Origin: Chromatiales bacterium
GTDB lineage: Bacteria; Pseudomonadota; Gammaproteobacteria; SZUA-152
NCBI GenBank assembly: GCA_026982555.1
Contig: JALSGT010000076.1
Span: 1,309 to 65,308 of the forward strand
Length of the DNA: 64,000 nt
Direction: 5' to 3'
The notes beneath the pieces are model-generated. The model did no database searches and was not told the DNA's origin. It saw nothing but the letters and a program-made list of their open reading frames with translations. Each line of letters starts with the position of its first letter. Position 1 is the stretch's first letter. This document shows, one piece after another, positions 10,314 through 22,600 of this stretch. The translations under genes and the position numbers were made by a program.

Positions 10314-12821
10314 CTAAAATAATTCTTCCGGTACACCGCCACCACTGTCTCGTGAAACGGGTATTGTTTCATCACCACCACCAATAATCGCTGCCGGGGA
10401 GTTTTCCGTCCGCTGCTGCGGAACATTTTCTAACCGGAAGACTTCAAAGATCCCCTTGGGATTGTTGGCCCCGGCCAGCAAGCCGGTCTCCGGGTCAATG
10501 CGTACCGTTACCAGCCCCGGCGGTTGTTCCGGCGCACGTTCCGGCAGGCTCTGCAAGCCCGTGCGCATGAAGTCAATCCACATGGGCAGGGCAGCACGCC
10601 CCCCGGTTTCCCGCGCGCCCAGCGGTTTGGGTTTGTCGAAGCCCACCCAGGCTGTGGCCACCAGATCCGGGGTATAGCCCGAGAACCAGGCATCCTGCTG
10701 GTCATTACTGGTTCCGGTTTTACCGGCTAGATCAGAACGCCCCAAGGCTTTTGCCCGCTGCCCCGTGCCCCGCTGGATCACCTCCATCATCATTGAGCGC
10801 ATCAGGTAGGCATTTTGTGGCGTCAATACCCGCGGGGCAATATTGACCGGAAGCATCGCTTCGCGTGTGGGTGGGCCCATAAAAGGTTCAGCATCGATTT
10901 CCTGTTGATGTTTGAGGCGTTCTTCGCAGCCATCACAGGCAATAAAAGGTTCAGCGCGATACAACACCTTGCCTTTGGCATCTTCAATGCTGTCGATAAA
11001 ATAGGGCACTGTGCGGAATCCACCATTGGCAAATACCGCGTAGCCACGTACGACTTCCAGTGGTGTTACCACACCGCTGCCCAGTGCCAGTGACAAATCC
11101 CGGGGCAGGCGTTTTTTGTCAAAACCAAAACGACCGGCGTAGTTAATGGTGTACCCGATACCAATGGCGCGCAACAAGCGAATAGAGACCAGATTACGTG
11201 ATTTTACCAGTGCTTTACGCAAGCGGGTCGGACCAAACACTTTGCCGCTGTAATTCTCAGGACGCCAGGTAGCCTCCAGACCTTCATCTTCGAATACCAC
11301 GGGGGCATCATTGATAAGGCTGGCGGGTGTGAAGCCTTTTTCCAATGCGGCAGAATAAAGAAAGGGCTTGAAATTGGAACCCGGTTGACGTTCCGCCTGG
11401 GTGACACGGTTGAATTTGCTGCTGGAAAAATTGAATCCACCCACCAGGGCTCGAATGGCACCGTCATGAGGGTCAAGTGACACCAGCGCGCCTTCTACTT
11501 CGGGAATCTGTGCCAGCTGCCAACCGGTGTCGGTTTCTTTTGTGGCGGGCAGTTCGATGATATAAATAACATCGCCCCGGCTCAGTATATCTGCCGCTTG
11601 TTTTGGTGCGGCGCCTTTGCCGCCATTTTTTAATGCGGGTGCCGCCCAGGATAACCCCGGCCAATCCACACGCACCACACCACGACGCGGTTCGTAAACC
11701 ACCGCCGATTGTTCAACCGTTGCTAATACCAGTGCGGGCAGCAGACCATTAATTTCCCGCTGTGTTTTTAGTAGTGGCATCCACTGTTCTTCGCCACTGT
11801 CTTCCGCCAGCACATGTTGTGTAAGTGGGCCGCGATACCCGTGGCGCCGATCATAGGCCAGCAAAGCATCACGCTGGGCGCGGTGTGCTGCCATTTGCAG
11901 TCGGGAGCCAACGCTGGTGCTGACTTTGTAGCCAGCAGAATAAGCCGCATCACCAAAACGTCGCACCATTTCGGCACGCACCATTTCGGCGACATAAGGA
12001 GCGGTTACTTCCCTGGAAAGGTCGTGTAAACGGGCGTCATCCACCATTGCCCGTGCTTCATCGTGGGTTGCGTCATCGATAAACCCCAGGTCGTGCATGC
12101 GGCCTAGCACATAGTTGCGGCGCAACAGCGCCCGGGCCGGATTAATAACCGGGTTGTAACGAGATGGTGCTTTGGGCAGACCGGCCACCATTGCCAGTTG
12201 TGCCACGTTCAGTTTATCGACGGAGACACCATAATAAACCTGTGCCGCAGCGCCTACGCCATAGGCCCGGTTACCCAGATAGATTTTGTTGAGATAAAGC
12301 GCGAGGATATCCTCTTTGCTGAGTTCACGTTCAATTTTAAGCGCCAGCATGATTTCGTTGAGTTTACGCAGGTAGGTTTTTTCCCGGCTAAGGAAAAAAT
12401 TACGTGCTACCTGCATGGTGATGGTGCTGCCACCCTGGCCCTTTTCACCTGTGCGTAACAAATGAAAGGCTGCTCGTAACAGGCCTTGATAATCCACACC
12501 TGGATGCACAAAGAAGCGGTTATCTTCTGCGGCCAGTACCGCCTGTACCATGAGTTTTGGTACTTCTTCGTATTTAAGCGGTGCCCGTTTTTTTTCACCA
12601 AATTCCGCAATCAATCCTCCGTCACGGGAATAAACCCGCAGCGGCACTTGAAATTGCACGTCTTGCAAGCTTTGCGTCGAAGGCAAACCGGGTACAATGA
12701 ACAGATAAAGACCCGCCAGCATTAAAGTGGTTAAAAAAACACCAGCTCCACCAAGGTACAATAACCAGCGTTTTTGGAATTTGAGTTTTTGAAATTTAAA
12801 AGAAGGCATCAAAACAAACAA
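10314..12821 (-). CDS. mrcA: Penicillin-binding protein 1A (bifunctional transglycosylase/transpeptidase)
   Basis: GT51 motifs (AAEDNRFFVHPGVD, GGSTITMQVARN) and transpeptidase motifs (SNFKP, KTGTSND). It is divergent from pilM as in Pseudomonas. Confidence 0.93.
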   Translation of the reverse strand: MFVLMPSFKFQKLKFQKRWLLYLGGAGVFLTTLMLAGLYLFIVPGLPSTQSLQDVQFQVPLRVYSRDGGLIAEFGEKKRAPLKYEEVPKLMVQAVLAAEDNRFFVHPGVDYQGLLRAAFHLLRTGEKGQGGSTITMQVARNFFLSREKTYLRKLNEIMLALKIERELSKEDILALYLNKIYLGNRAYGVGAAAQVYYGVSVDKLNVAQLAMVAGLPKAPSRYNPVINPARALLRRNYVLGRMHDLGFIDDATHDEARAMVDDARLHDLSREVTAPYVAEMVRAEMVRRFGDAAYSAGYKVSTSVGSRLQMAAHRAQRDALLAYDRRHGYRGPLTQHVLAEDSGEEQWMPLLKTQREINGLLPALVLATVEQSAVVYEPRRGVVRVDWPGLSWAAPALKNGGKGAAPKQAADILSRGDVIYIIELPATKETDTGWQLAQIPEVEGALVSLDPHDGAIRALVGGFNFSSSKFNRVTQAERQPGSNFKPFLYSAALEKGFTPASLINDAPVVFEDEGLEATWRPENYSGKVFGPTRLRKALVKSRNLVSIRLLRAIGIGYTINYAGRFGFDKKRLPRDLSLALGSGVVTPLEVVRGYAVFANGGFRTVPYFIDSIEDAKGKVLYRAEPFIACDGCEERLKHQQEIDAEPFMGPPTREAMLPVNIAPRVLTPQNAYLMRSMMMEVIQRGTGQRAKALGRSDLAGKTGTSNDQQDAWFSGYTPDLVATAWVGFDKPKPLGARETGGRAALPMWIDFMRTGLQSLPERAPEQPPGLVTVRIDPETGLLAGANNPKGIFEVFRLENVPQQRTENSPAAIIGGGDETIPVSRDSGGGVPEELF

Positions 12822-13054
12822 TTTGTGATAGTGTTCATGGATATTGACAAAGGCAGAGTATAAAACTTCTAATTAGATCAACCTAATACTAGTACTCTTT
12901 TAATGTAATAAGTTAAGCTTCGGCTGGTTCGTCGGTATTTATGGCTATAACTTAAGCGCGGCGTCTAACTACAAAACACCACAAAAATACTGGACCTTAA
13001 CTTATCACATTAAAAGGGCACGATTTTTCTGATGCAATTTTTAATCTGTAGTAA

Positions 13055-14182
<1,128 letters not shown>

Positions 14183-14743
14183 ATGCCGCATATTAATCTA
14201 CTCCCCTGGCGCGAAGAGGAACGGCGTGACAAACAACGACAATTTATCAATGTTGCGGCAGGTGCGGCAATTTTGATGATTGGCATTGTTGTCCTGGTAC
14301 ACCTGCGCATGAGCGGCATTATTGAAGACCAGAATAACCGCAACAAGTTCATGCAAGCGCAGATTACACAGGTTGACAAAGAAATTGCGGAAATCAAAAC
14401 GCTTGAAAAAGAAAAAGCCGCCCTGTTGGCGCGCATGAAGGTTATTCAGGAGCTGCAAAGCAGCCGGCCGGAAATCGTGCATATTTTTGACGAGCTCGCC
14501 AAAACTATACCTGATAATGTTTTTTTACTCGCAACATCCCGCAATGATCGCGAAATTAACCTGACCGGCGTCGCGGACTCCAATGACTATGTCTCGGAAT
14601 TTATGCGGAACCTGGATAGCTCCTCTTGGTTAACCAACCCGAGACTGACCGTCATCAAATCGGATAAACAAGAATATCCGGGTGCAAGCTGGTTTCAGCT
14701 CACGGTTTCACAGAAAAACAGAACAAAGAAGGCTGACAAATGA
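14183..14743 (+). CDS. pilN: Type IV pilus assembly protein PilN
   Basis: INLLPWREE N-terminus, a single TM segment, and its position in the operon. Confidence 0.9.
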   Translation: MPHINLLPWREEERRDKQRQFINVAAGAAILMIGIVVLVHLRMSGIIEDQNNRNKFMQAQITQVDKEIAEIKTLEKEKAALLARMKVIQELQSSRPEIVHIFDELAKTIPDNVFLLATSRNDREINLTGVADSNDYVSEFMRNLDSSSWLTNPRLTVIKSDKQEYPGASWFQLTVSQKNRTKKADK

Positions 14744-15381
14744 ACCTGTCTGACCTGAACAACCTCAACCTTGATCCCAACAATATTGGCAGCTGGCCAC
14801 TGGCGGCCAGGGTAATTGTCATAGTCTTGCTCTGTTTTGGCTTGTTGTTTGCCGGTTATTATCTCGATACCAGTGATCAGCTGCTGGAGCTGGAGACAGC
14901 GCGCGCCAAAGAATCCAGCCTGAAGCAGGAATTTGAAACAAAGCAGGCCAAAGCCGTTAACCTCAGTGCCTATCAGGAACAAATGGAAGAAATGCAGCGT
15001 TCTTTTGGTGCCCTGTTACAACAACTGCCCGGCAAAACCGAGGTTGCAGGCCTGTTAGTGGATATCTCGCGTGTTGGTATTCTCAGCGGGTTGGAATTTG
15101 AGCTTTTCAAGCCCGAAGCTGAAATCCCCAAAGAGTTTTATGCTGAACTGCCCATAAAAATACGGGTTAAAGGCAGTTATCACCAGTTTGGTAACTTTGC
15201 CAGTGGCACTGCTGCGTTACCACGCATTGTCACTCTGCATAATTTATCCATTACCTCCCCGAAAGGCAGACAAGGCGAGGATAGTCGTATGATTATGGAG
15301 GCTACGGCAAAAACTTACCGTTACCTTGAAAAAGACAACACCGCCAACAACAAGAAGCGCAAACGGCGGGGTAAAAAATAA
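14740..15381 (+). CDS. pilO: Type IV pilus assembly protein PilO
   Basis: ATGA overlap with pilN, a TM segment plus coiled coil, and operon position. Confidence 0.88.
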   Translation: MNLSDLNNLNLDPNNIGSWPLAARVIVIVLLCFGLLFAGYYLDTSDQLLELETARAKESSLKQEFETKQAKAVNLSAYQEQMEEMQRSFGALLQQLPGKTEVAGLLVDISRVGILSGLEFELFKPEAEIPKEFYAELPIKIRVKGSYHQFGNFASGTAALPRIVTLHNLSITSPKGRQGEDSRMIMEATAKTYRYLEKDNTANNKKRKRRGKK

Positions 15382-15917
15382 TGCACAAGCTCAAGTATGA
15401 ATATCCGCGCATTGGTATTGCTGTGTTTGCCTTGTTTCTGGTGGTTGGGCTGAGCGCCTGTGGCGGTGAAGAAAATGTCGATTTGCAAGCCTATGTGAGC
15501 GAAGTCAAGGCCCGGCAAAAAAGCCGCATTCCTCCTCTGCCCAAACCGCAGACTTTTGAAATATTTACCTACAATGATGCAGGACTAAGAGACCCCTTTG
15601 TGCCCACAGTCGAAATTTTGGCTGTAGAATCAGATAATGGATTGAAACCTGATATGGACAGGGAGCGCGATGTACTGGAACAATACGCCGTTGGCAGCCT
15701 GAAAATGATGGGTGTTCTGGAAAAAAATGGTCGTCGCTGGGCGCTGGTTCGGGCCAGTGATGGCACTTTGCATCGCACCGAAATAGGCCGGCATCTTGGA
15801 AAAAACAACGGTCAAATCGTGAGCATCACGGAAAGTCAACTTGAATTAAAGGAAATCGTTCCGGATGGGCTGGGGGGGTGGATGGAGCGCATGACTACCC
15901 TGGCCGTCGGCGAATGA
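15381..15917 (+). CDS. pilP: Type IV pilus assembly lipoprotein PilP
   Basis: Lipobox LSAC, TAATG overlap with pilO, and operon position. Confidence 0.85.
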   Translation: MHKLKYEYPRIGIAVFALFLVVGLSACGGEENVDLQAYVSEVKARQKSRIPPLPKPQTFEIFTYNDAGLRDPFVPTVEILAVESDNGLKPDMDRERDVLEQYAVGSLKMMGVLEKNGRRWALVRASDGTLHRTEIGRHLGKNNGQIVSITESQLELKEIVPDGLGGWMERMTTLAVGE

Positions 15918-15937
15918 TGCCAACGAGGATTTAGTAC

Positions 15938-18565
15938 ATGGGCATTTTTAATCAGTTATTTGGGGCAAACGCTATGCGCGAAAGCGGGTACAAAACAATG
16001 AAAACAACACGCTGCTTAAGTTTATTTTTACTCTCCGGCATACTTGTATTGTTCGCAGCAATGGCGACGGCTGCCGATGAGCCTACCGCTTCACTCGATT
16101 TCATCGACTTCAAAAAGTTGTCGAATGATGCCGTTGAAATTCGCATTGCTTTATCTGCCGACGCACCACAAACAACAGATTTCACTTCTGATAATCCTGC
16201 GAAAATTTCGCTGGACTTGCCGGGGGTCAGTAACAACCTGCCTTGGAGCCTGCCTTTGCCCGTTGGCATTGGTGTCACCAAAAACGTTAAGGCCGTACAG
16301 GCAAAGGGACGGACTCGCGTTGTCGTCAATGTTGACAAGCTGGTCACTTACGAATTGCGCACTGAGGGTAAGAATATATTCCTGACCGTGGGTGAACATG
16401 TTCCTGCCGAGCAGGTTGCTGCAACAGACGCTGTGCCTGACCCCGAGCCTGCTCCACCGCCGGTAAGCAAACCAACGCCCATTGAACGGGCTTCCGGCAA
16501 TGGTGCCACCACCAGTCTGAAAAATATTTCTTTCACCTCATTGCCGGGTGACAGTGTGCAGATTCGTTTGAGTTTTTCGGGCCCGGCCAAAGTGCCAGGA
16601 AACTTTACCATCAACAATCCTGCACGTATTGTTCTGGATTTCCCCAAAACCGGTAGCAAGCTGGGCTGGAAAAATAAAAACATCGGCATTGGTTTTGCCA
16701 AAAGTGTCACCGCTGTCGAGGCCGGTGACCGCACGCGCATTATTTTGAATCTTGTGCAGCTTATTCCCTTCGAGAGTGAAGTTTCCGGCAACAATGTCAT
16801 TGTGACATTGGCGGGCAGCCGTACCGCGCAAACTCAAACGACGGCAGCCGTCAGCAATAAAGCGACGAGCGCAGCATTATCAGCAACATCGGGGCTGCAC
16901 CGCATTAATAATATTGACTTCCGCCGTGGCAAGAATGGCGAAGGAAAAATTATTGTCGGCCTCTCCGACAACAATACCCCCATTAGCACCGGTGAATCCG
17001 GCAACCAGATTTTTGTCGAGTTTGGTGATACAGGGTTGCCTAAAAACCTGCAACAGCGTCTTGATGTGATCGATTTCGCCACTCCCGTGCAGTACATTGA
17101 TGCCACTCAATCAGGAGACCGTGTTCGTCTTGCGATTACGCCCACCGGAAATTATGAATATCTGGCCTATCACACGGGTAATAGCTACACCATTGAAGTT
17201 AAGGAAATTCCCAAAGAAAAGGTGGCTGCCGCCAGAAAAGATCAGTTTGGTTATACCGGTGAGCGGCTTTCGTTGAATTTTCAGGACATTGAAGTCCGAG
17301 CAGTGCTGCAATTGATTGCCGACTTCACCAACCTGAATATGGTGACCAGTGATTCGGTGCAAGGCAATCTCACGTTGCGCCTGAAAAATGTACCGTGGGA
17401 TCAAGCTCTCGACCTTATTCTGAAAACCAAAGGTCTGGCCATGCGTAAAGCGGGTAATGTCATTATGGTTGCCCCTGCACAGGAAATTGCTGCCCAGGAG
17501 AAGCTGGAGCTGGAGGCCAATAAACAGATTGAAGAACTGGCACCCATCAAAACAGAAATTATTCAAATCAACTTTGCCAAGGCCGGAGATATCGCCACCA
17601 TTTTATCCGAAAAAGGTGGTACGTTATCTGAGCGGGGAAGTGCCACGATAGACCAGCGCACCAATACACTGCTGTTATCGGATACTGCTGATCGTCTGGA
17701 CAGTGCCCGGGAACTTATTGCCATTCTCGATATTCCGATCCGGCAGGTGATGATTGAATCGCGCATTGTGATTGCAGATGATGACTTTGCGAAAGACCTC
17801 GGTGTGCGATTTGGTGTGACATCTGTTAATGACCGAAATGGTGATTTACTCTTTGGTTCAGGCTCGCTGGATGCAACGGATAATATGGCAGGCTCTGCGT
17901 TGGACAATCTCGCCAGCGGCACGCCCAATGCGCCTTACCCTATTGAAATCCCTATGGGAGCCGGTGGCATTCCCCAGCGCATGAATGTGAACATGCCCGT
18001 GGTTGGCAACAATGCCGGGCGCATCGCGCTTTCCATACTTGGGGCTAATACCCTGCTTGATTTGGAACTTTCTGCTTTACAGCTTGAATCCCGGGGTGAA
18101 GTGGTTTCCAATCCGCGAGTTATTACGGCCAACCAGAAAGAGGCTCTCATTGAACAGGGTACTGAAATACCCTACCAGCGGGCAGCCTCCAGTGGTGCCA
18201 CTGCTGTATCGTTTAAAAAGGCTGTTTTGAGCTTGAAGGTGACACCGCAGATTACACCCGATGATCGCATTATTCTCGATCTCAAGGTCAATAAGGACAG
18301 TGTCGGTGTACTCTTTGCCGGCATACCCAGCATCGACACCAAGGAAATTGAAACCCAGGTGCTGATGAATAATGGCGAAACAGTGGTATTAGGTGGAGTA
18401 TACGAGCAAGTTACACGTAATGAACGGGACAGTATTCCCTTCCTTGGTGACCTGCCCTTCATTGGTGCCTTGTTCCGTACCACACGGGAACGCAATGAGA
18501 AGTCGGAACTACTCATCTTCGTCACACCCAAGATCCTTAAAGACCAATTTGCGGTAAAACCCTGA
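15938..18565 (+). CDS. pilQ: Type IV pilus secretin PilQ with three AMIN-like N-terminal repeats
   Basis: C-terminal secretin domain (VLGGVYE..IPFLGDLPFIGALFR..ELLIFVTPKIL). The signal peptide probably starts at MKTTRCLSLF (15995). Confidence 0.92.
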   Translation: MGIFNQLFGANAMRESGYKTMKTTRCLSLFLLSGILVLFAAMATAADEPTASLDFIDFKKLSNDAVEIRIALSADAPQTTDFTSDNPAKISLDLPGVSNNLPWSLPLPVGIGVTKNVKAVQAKGRTRVVVNVDKLVTYELRTEGKNIFLTVGEHVPAEQVAATDAVPDPEPAPPPVSKPTPIERASGNGATTSLKNISFTSLPGDSVQIRLSFSGPAKVPGNFTINNPARIVLDFPKTGSKLGWKNKNIGIGFAKSVTAVEAGDRTRIILNLVQLIPFESEVSGNNVIVTLAGSRTAQTQTTAAVSNKATSAALSATSGLHRINNIDFRRGKNGEGKIIVGLSDNNTPISTGESGNQIFVEFGDTGLPKNLQQRLDVIDFATPVQYIDATQSGDRVRLAITPTGNYEYLAYHTGNSYTIEVKEIPKEKVAAARKDQFGYTGERLSLNFQDIEVRAVLQLIADFTNLNMVTSDSVQGNLTLRLKNVPWDQALDLILKTKGLAMRKAGNVIMVAPAQEIAAQEKLELEANKQIEELAPIKTEIIQINFAKAGDIATILSEKGGTLSERGSATIDQRTNTLLLSDTADRLDSARELIAILDIPIRQVMIESRIVIADDDFAKDLGVRFGVTSVNDRNGDLLFGSGSLDATDNMAGSALDNLASGTPNAPYPIEIPMGAGGIPQRMNVNMPVVGNNAGRIALSILGANTLLDLELSALQLESRGEVVSNPRVITANQKEALIEQGTEIPYQRAASSGATAVSFKKAVLSLKVTPQITPDDRIILDLKVNKDSVGVLFAGIPSIDTKEIETQVLMNNGETVVLGGVYEQVTRNERDSIPFLGDLPFIGALFRTTRERNEKSELLIFVTPKILKDQFAVKP

Positions 18566-18631
18566 TTTTCCCGCAAGGCTGCATCTGACAATTGTGCAAC
18601 GGCACTTTTTAGTGCCGGGGGTTGTACGTTG

Positions 18632-18901
18632 TCAGATCAGCTTTCCAATTAATGATGCTGCAACTTCGGCAAGTCCTGTAATATTTTTAATAGCGTCCGC
18701 TTTTTCGTTGTTTGATTTTGAGGCATCATTAACCACACTGATCAATTCAGACAGTTTTTCTTTATCAACGTCTGCTGTTTCGATGATTGAGGTCACTTCT
18801 GCTTTGGTTAGCCTGACGATGTTGGATGCTTCTGTGGAATATTCTTCAATCGCAATTCCGCGAGCTTTGTTTCTGAGCGCCTGCCACTCCTGATCGTTCA
18901 T
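18632..18901 (-). CDS. Hypothetical small alpha-helical protein (89 aa)
   Basis: ATGA overlap with the upstream lipoprotein gene. It lies in an AT-rich islet. I recognise no family. Confidence 0.55.
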   Translation of the reverse strand: MNDQEWQALRNKARGIAIEEYSTEASNIVRLTKAEVTSIIETADVDKEKLSELISVVNDASKSNNEKADAIKNITGLAEVAASLIGKLI

Positions 18902-19506
18902 TTATCCGTCTCCTTGTTCAGTGCTGATTCGAGTTTTTCAACGAGATTAATGGCTTTTCCTGATTTTGTACCATTTTTTTCGACAAAATTATCCAGTTCA
19001 GCAAAAACGTTGTTCAGGTCTATATTGCCAGCCGTTGCTTTGGACAGTTTTTCATATGTTTTGGATCTTGCCTCTTTATTTGTTACCGCAGATTGCAACA
19101 GGTCGGTAACCGAGGAATTCGCCTGATTAAGAATGGAGTAGCTTTCACTTAATTTTCCAATTAAATATACCCTTGCTTTTTCCAGCTCTTCCTTTGCTGC
19201 GTTATTCTTATGGTTTATCGATATCACATCATCAGCCACATCACTTAATCGGTTTGCATTCAGTGTTATGGAGCCATTTGGCGTGAGTGTTTCAAAATAA
19301 CGGTTGAGTGACCGTGCCATAGCGTCATCCAGGTGTTTACGTTTAATGGAAAAATGGAGATTAACAAGATCAATCTGAGATTGGTGTTGTTTTTGTAATC
19401 CGATGCCCACTTCGCTGCTTAATTTGACGGCCTCCGGGGGGATTGTTGCGCATGCAGTGAGTAGTACCATGAGTAGCGCAAATATATGTACCGTGATTTT
19501 TGTCAT
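18898..19506 (-). CDS. Hypothetical lipoprotein (202 aa, predicted helical)
   Basis: Signal peptide plus lipobox (LLTAC). AT-rich codon usage. I recognise no family. Confidence 0.6.
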   Translation of the reverse strand: MTKITVHIFALLMVLLTACATIPPEAVKLSSEVGIGLQKQHQSQIDLVNLHFSIKRKHLDDAMARSLNRYFETLTPNGSITLNANRLSDVADDVISINHKNNAAKEELEKARVYLIGKLSESYSILNQANSSVTDLLQSAVTNKEARSKTYEKLSKATAGNIDLNNVFAELDNFVEKNGTKSGKAINLVEKLESALNKETDK

Positions 19507-19616
19507 TTCCTTATCCCTGTTAATGATTGTTTTTATTTAACGCTGCTGCCCTGTAAGCTTAAAATCTATAGTTTCAGCCATAGGGGGCTGTGATTGTTGC
19601 GTATGCTTCAGGAAAG

Positions 19617-22600
19617 TCATTGATATGATCTTTCCGGTTTTCCTGTTTTTTTATCTTCACCGATGCGTAACAGGCTGGGTAATAATATGAGTGTAAACAC
19701 AGTGCTTACGCTCATGCCGCCGACGATGACAGCAGCAAGCCCGCGATAAAGCTCTGTACCGGCACCGGGTATCAGCAGCAGTGGCAGCATGCCAAAGATA
19801 CTGGTGAGTGTGCTCATGAGAATGGGGCGTAATCGCAAGTGTACGGCCTGGTTTACTGCGTCACGACGCTTTAAGCCTTCGCGTTCGGCGGCGCGTGTTT
19901 GGTACACCAGTAAAATGGCGTTGTTGACCACCAGTCCCAGCAAAATAATAAAGCCAATCATGGTGAGCAGGTCCATGTGCTGGGTGACGAACAGGTTGAC
20001 GATTTGTAAGGCCAGTACGCCACCGACAGTGGCCAGTGGTATGGCCAAAATCACCAGCAGGCTGTCACGGAAAGAGCGGAATAATGCGCTCATTAACAAA
20101 TATAAAATAGCGATGGCCAGGAGGAAGCTTGCGCTCATGCTTTTCAGGGCGAGATCCAGTTTTTCTGCGGTGCCGCTGTAATGAATTTCGCCGTCTTCCG
20201 GTAATAGCGGCTCAATTTTTGGATTCACCTTTTCTTTGAGCACCAGCATGGTTTGTTCCAGCGACATGCCCTCCGGAGCTTTGACTTCCAGGGTGATGGT
20301 GCGCCGACGATTGAGGCGGCGAATTTCGTCAGGCCCGGCGGTGCGCACGACTTCGGTCAGTTCACTTAATGGGAGTACGCCACTGTTGGGGGTTGCCAAG
20401 GGTATGGCCGCCAGTTCTTCGGGGGTTTGCCAGTCCTGCCCGCGAAGGATAATGTCCAGTCGTTGCTGGCCGTCAAAATAATCACCCACAAACAGACCGT
20501 CTCCCAGTGCGCGAATAATTTGTGACACGTCGCTGCGTGCCCAGCCTGCTTCGCTGATACGGCGTTCATCTGGCAGTAGTCGTAATTCCGGTTCGGCAAG
20601 GCTTAGACCGGGGCGCGGGCGCGGCGGGCGCCCGGGAATGGTTTGCATCACGGCAGCAAAGCCGGCCTGTGCCGAGTCGAGTAATGCGTCGATGTTTGAA
20701 CCCTGGATGTCGATGTCTACGGTACGACCACCACCAAAACCACCGAACAACGAAGAGCGTTGAGCAAAGGCGATAGTGTCCGGGAAACTGCCGATGAGCC
20801 GGTTGATCAGTGGTACCAGCTCGTCGGATTTGTCCGGGTCCATGGTGCGTGCGCCCATGAATACGCCCGAGCCGAAGGCGACGAAGAAGTAGTTGTCTAC
20901 GGCGGGTTCGGCTGTGCCATCAATGTAGGGTTGCATGCGTTGCGCGACGACCTGGCCCAGTTCTTTTTCCAGTGTATCTACACTGCTGCCAGGTGGCGGC
21001 AGGATAAATGCAAATACCAGATTGCGATTGCCGTTAGGCAGGAAGTCCGCTTCGGGTTTAAGCCATACTGCGAGCATGAGGGGGAGGGTGATCAGGCCGA
21101 GAATCCATAATGCACGCCGCCGGGGGGTATCGGTGAGGCGCATGACAAAATTACTGCCCGCATCCCACCAGTGGGCGTGCGGGTCGTGCATACTGATGTT
21201 GCGTAACCAGGTGGATGCTGCTGCGGGCAATACAGTGATGGCCACCAGCAGCGATATGCTCACGGTGGCAGCAATGGTTAACGCCAGGTCAGCGAACAGT
21301 TGTCCGGCTTCGTCTTTTAGAAAGACGATGGGCAAAAAGATGGCAACGGTGGTGGCGGTGGAAGCCAGTAACGCGCCCCATACTTTGCGGGTGCCTTCGT
21401 CAGCGGCCTCTGCGCTGGACATGCCGCGTTCACGCAGGCGCACGACACTTTCCAGTACGACGATGGCCGCATCCAGCACCATGCCCACGGCAAAAGCGAG
21501 GCCCGCCAGCGAAATAACGTTGAGGGTGCGGCCTGTCGCATCCAGCAGCATGAAGGTGGACACCACACAGATGGGAATAGCGACAGCCACCATCAATGTG
21601 GCGCGGAATTTACGGAAGAACCACCACAGAACACCCACGGCAAGTAATATACCTAATAACAGGTTGTTGGATACCATGTTGATGGAGCGGTCGATATAAC
21701 GGGTCTCGTCGTAAACCTGTTCAAAGCTCAAGCCAGCGCGCTTTAGCGGGCCTTCGCGCAATTCCTCGGCGGCCTGACGCAGGCCTGCCATGACTTCCAG
21801 TACGTTGACGCCGGTTTCGCGGTGCGCGTTAACGGCCATTGCTGCCTGGCCGTTTTGAATCACAAAGCCGGTACGGTCCACCATGCGTACTTCGATGTCA
21901 GCCACGTCACGTAAATACACAGGTTGGTTTTCGCGCCAGTCCAGTACCATCCCGCCCAGGTCGTCCACGTTGTACTGACCGGCAAAGCGCAGGGTGTAAC
22001 GACGTTTGCCCACGTCAGCAAAACCGCCGGAAGTATTTTTCGCGCCACCGGCCAGTTGCGCAACTCTGGGCAGTTCGATACCCAGGCTTGCCGCTTTGTA
22101 TGGATCAAACGTGATGCGCAGTTCACTCTCCCGCCCGCCGCGTACTTCTGACATGGCGACGCCCGGTATCCGTTCGAAGCGTGTTTGTACGACTTCTTCC
22201 ACAAAATTCTGATAGCTGGCGACATCGCGGTTATTGCCTGCCACCGGTTTGAGAATAAACCAGGCTATTGCACGCGAGCGGCCACCGATGGAATTGATGA
22301 CGGGCTCATTGGCATCAGCGGGATAACGTTGTACACGATTGAGGCGCGACAGCACTTCCAGCAGCGCACGACGCAGATCCGTATCAACTTGAAAGGTAAG
22401 GGTAATGCTGCCGCGCCCGCGTTGCGCACGGGCGAGAATTTTGGTCATGCCTGGCAGGCCGCGTAATACGTCTTCCTGTGGTTCGATAATTTCTGATTCT
22501 ATCTCTTCCGGCGCAGCGGCACGCCAGACAGTGGTGATGGTGATCTCCGGGAGTTCGACTTCGGGCGTCAGTTGAATTGGCAGGCGTTCCAGGCTGATCA

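Noticed and set aside
15869-15878. G7 homopolymer inside pilP (CTGGGGGGGTGG) as a phase-variation switch
   Set aside because: Seven G residues are at the low end for slipped-strand switching. There is no supporting evidence, and it may simply encode Gly-Gly.
20935-21699. 254-aa ORF on the plus strand inside the RND pump gene
   Set aside because: It is entirely antisense to a well-supported 1019-aa gene and has Ser/Arg/Ala-rich low-complexity composition typical of shadow ORFs. The same applies to 19789-20181, 20760-21110 and the other short ORFs in this gene.
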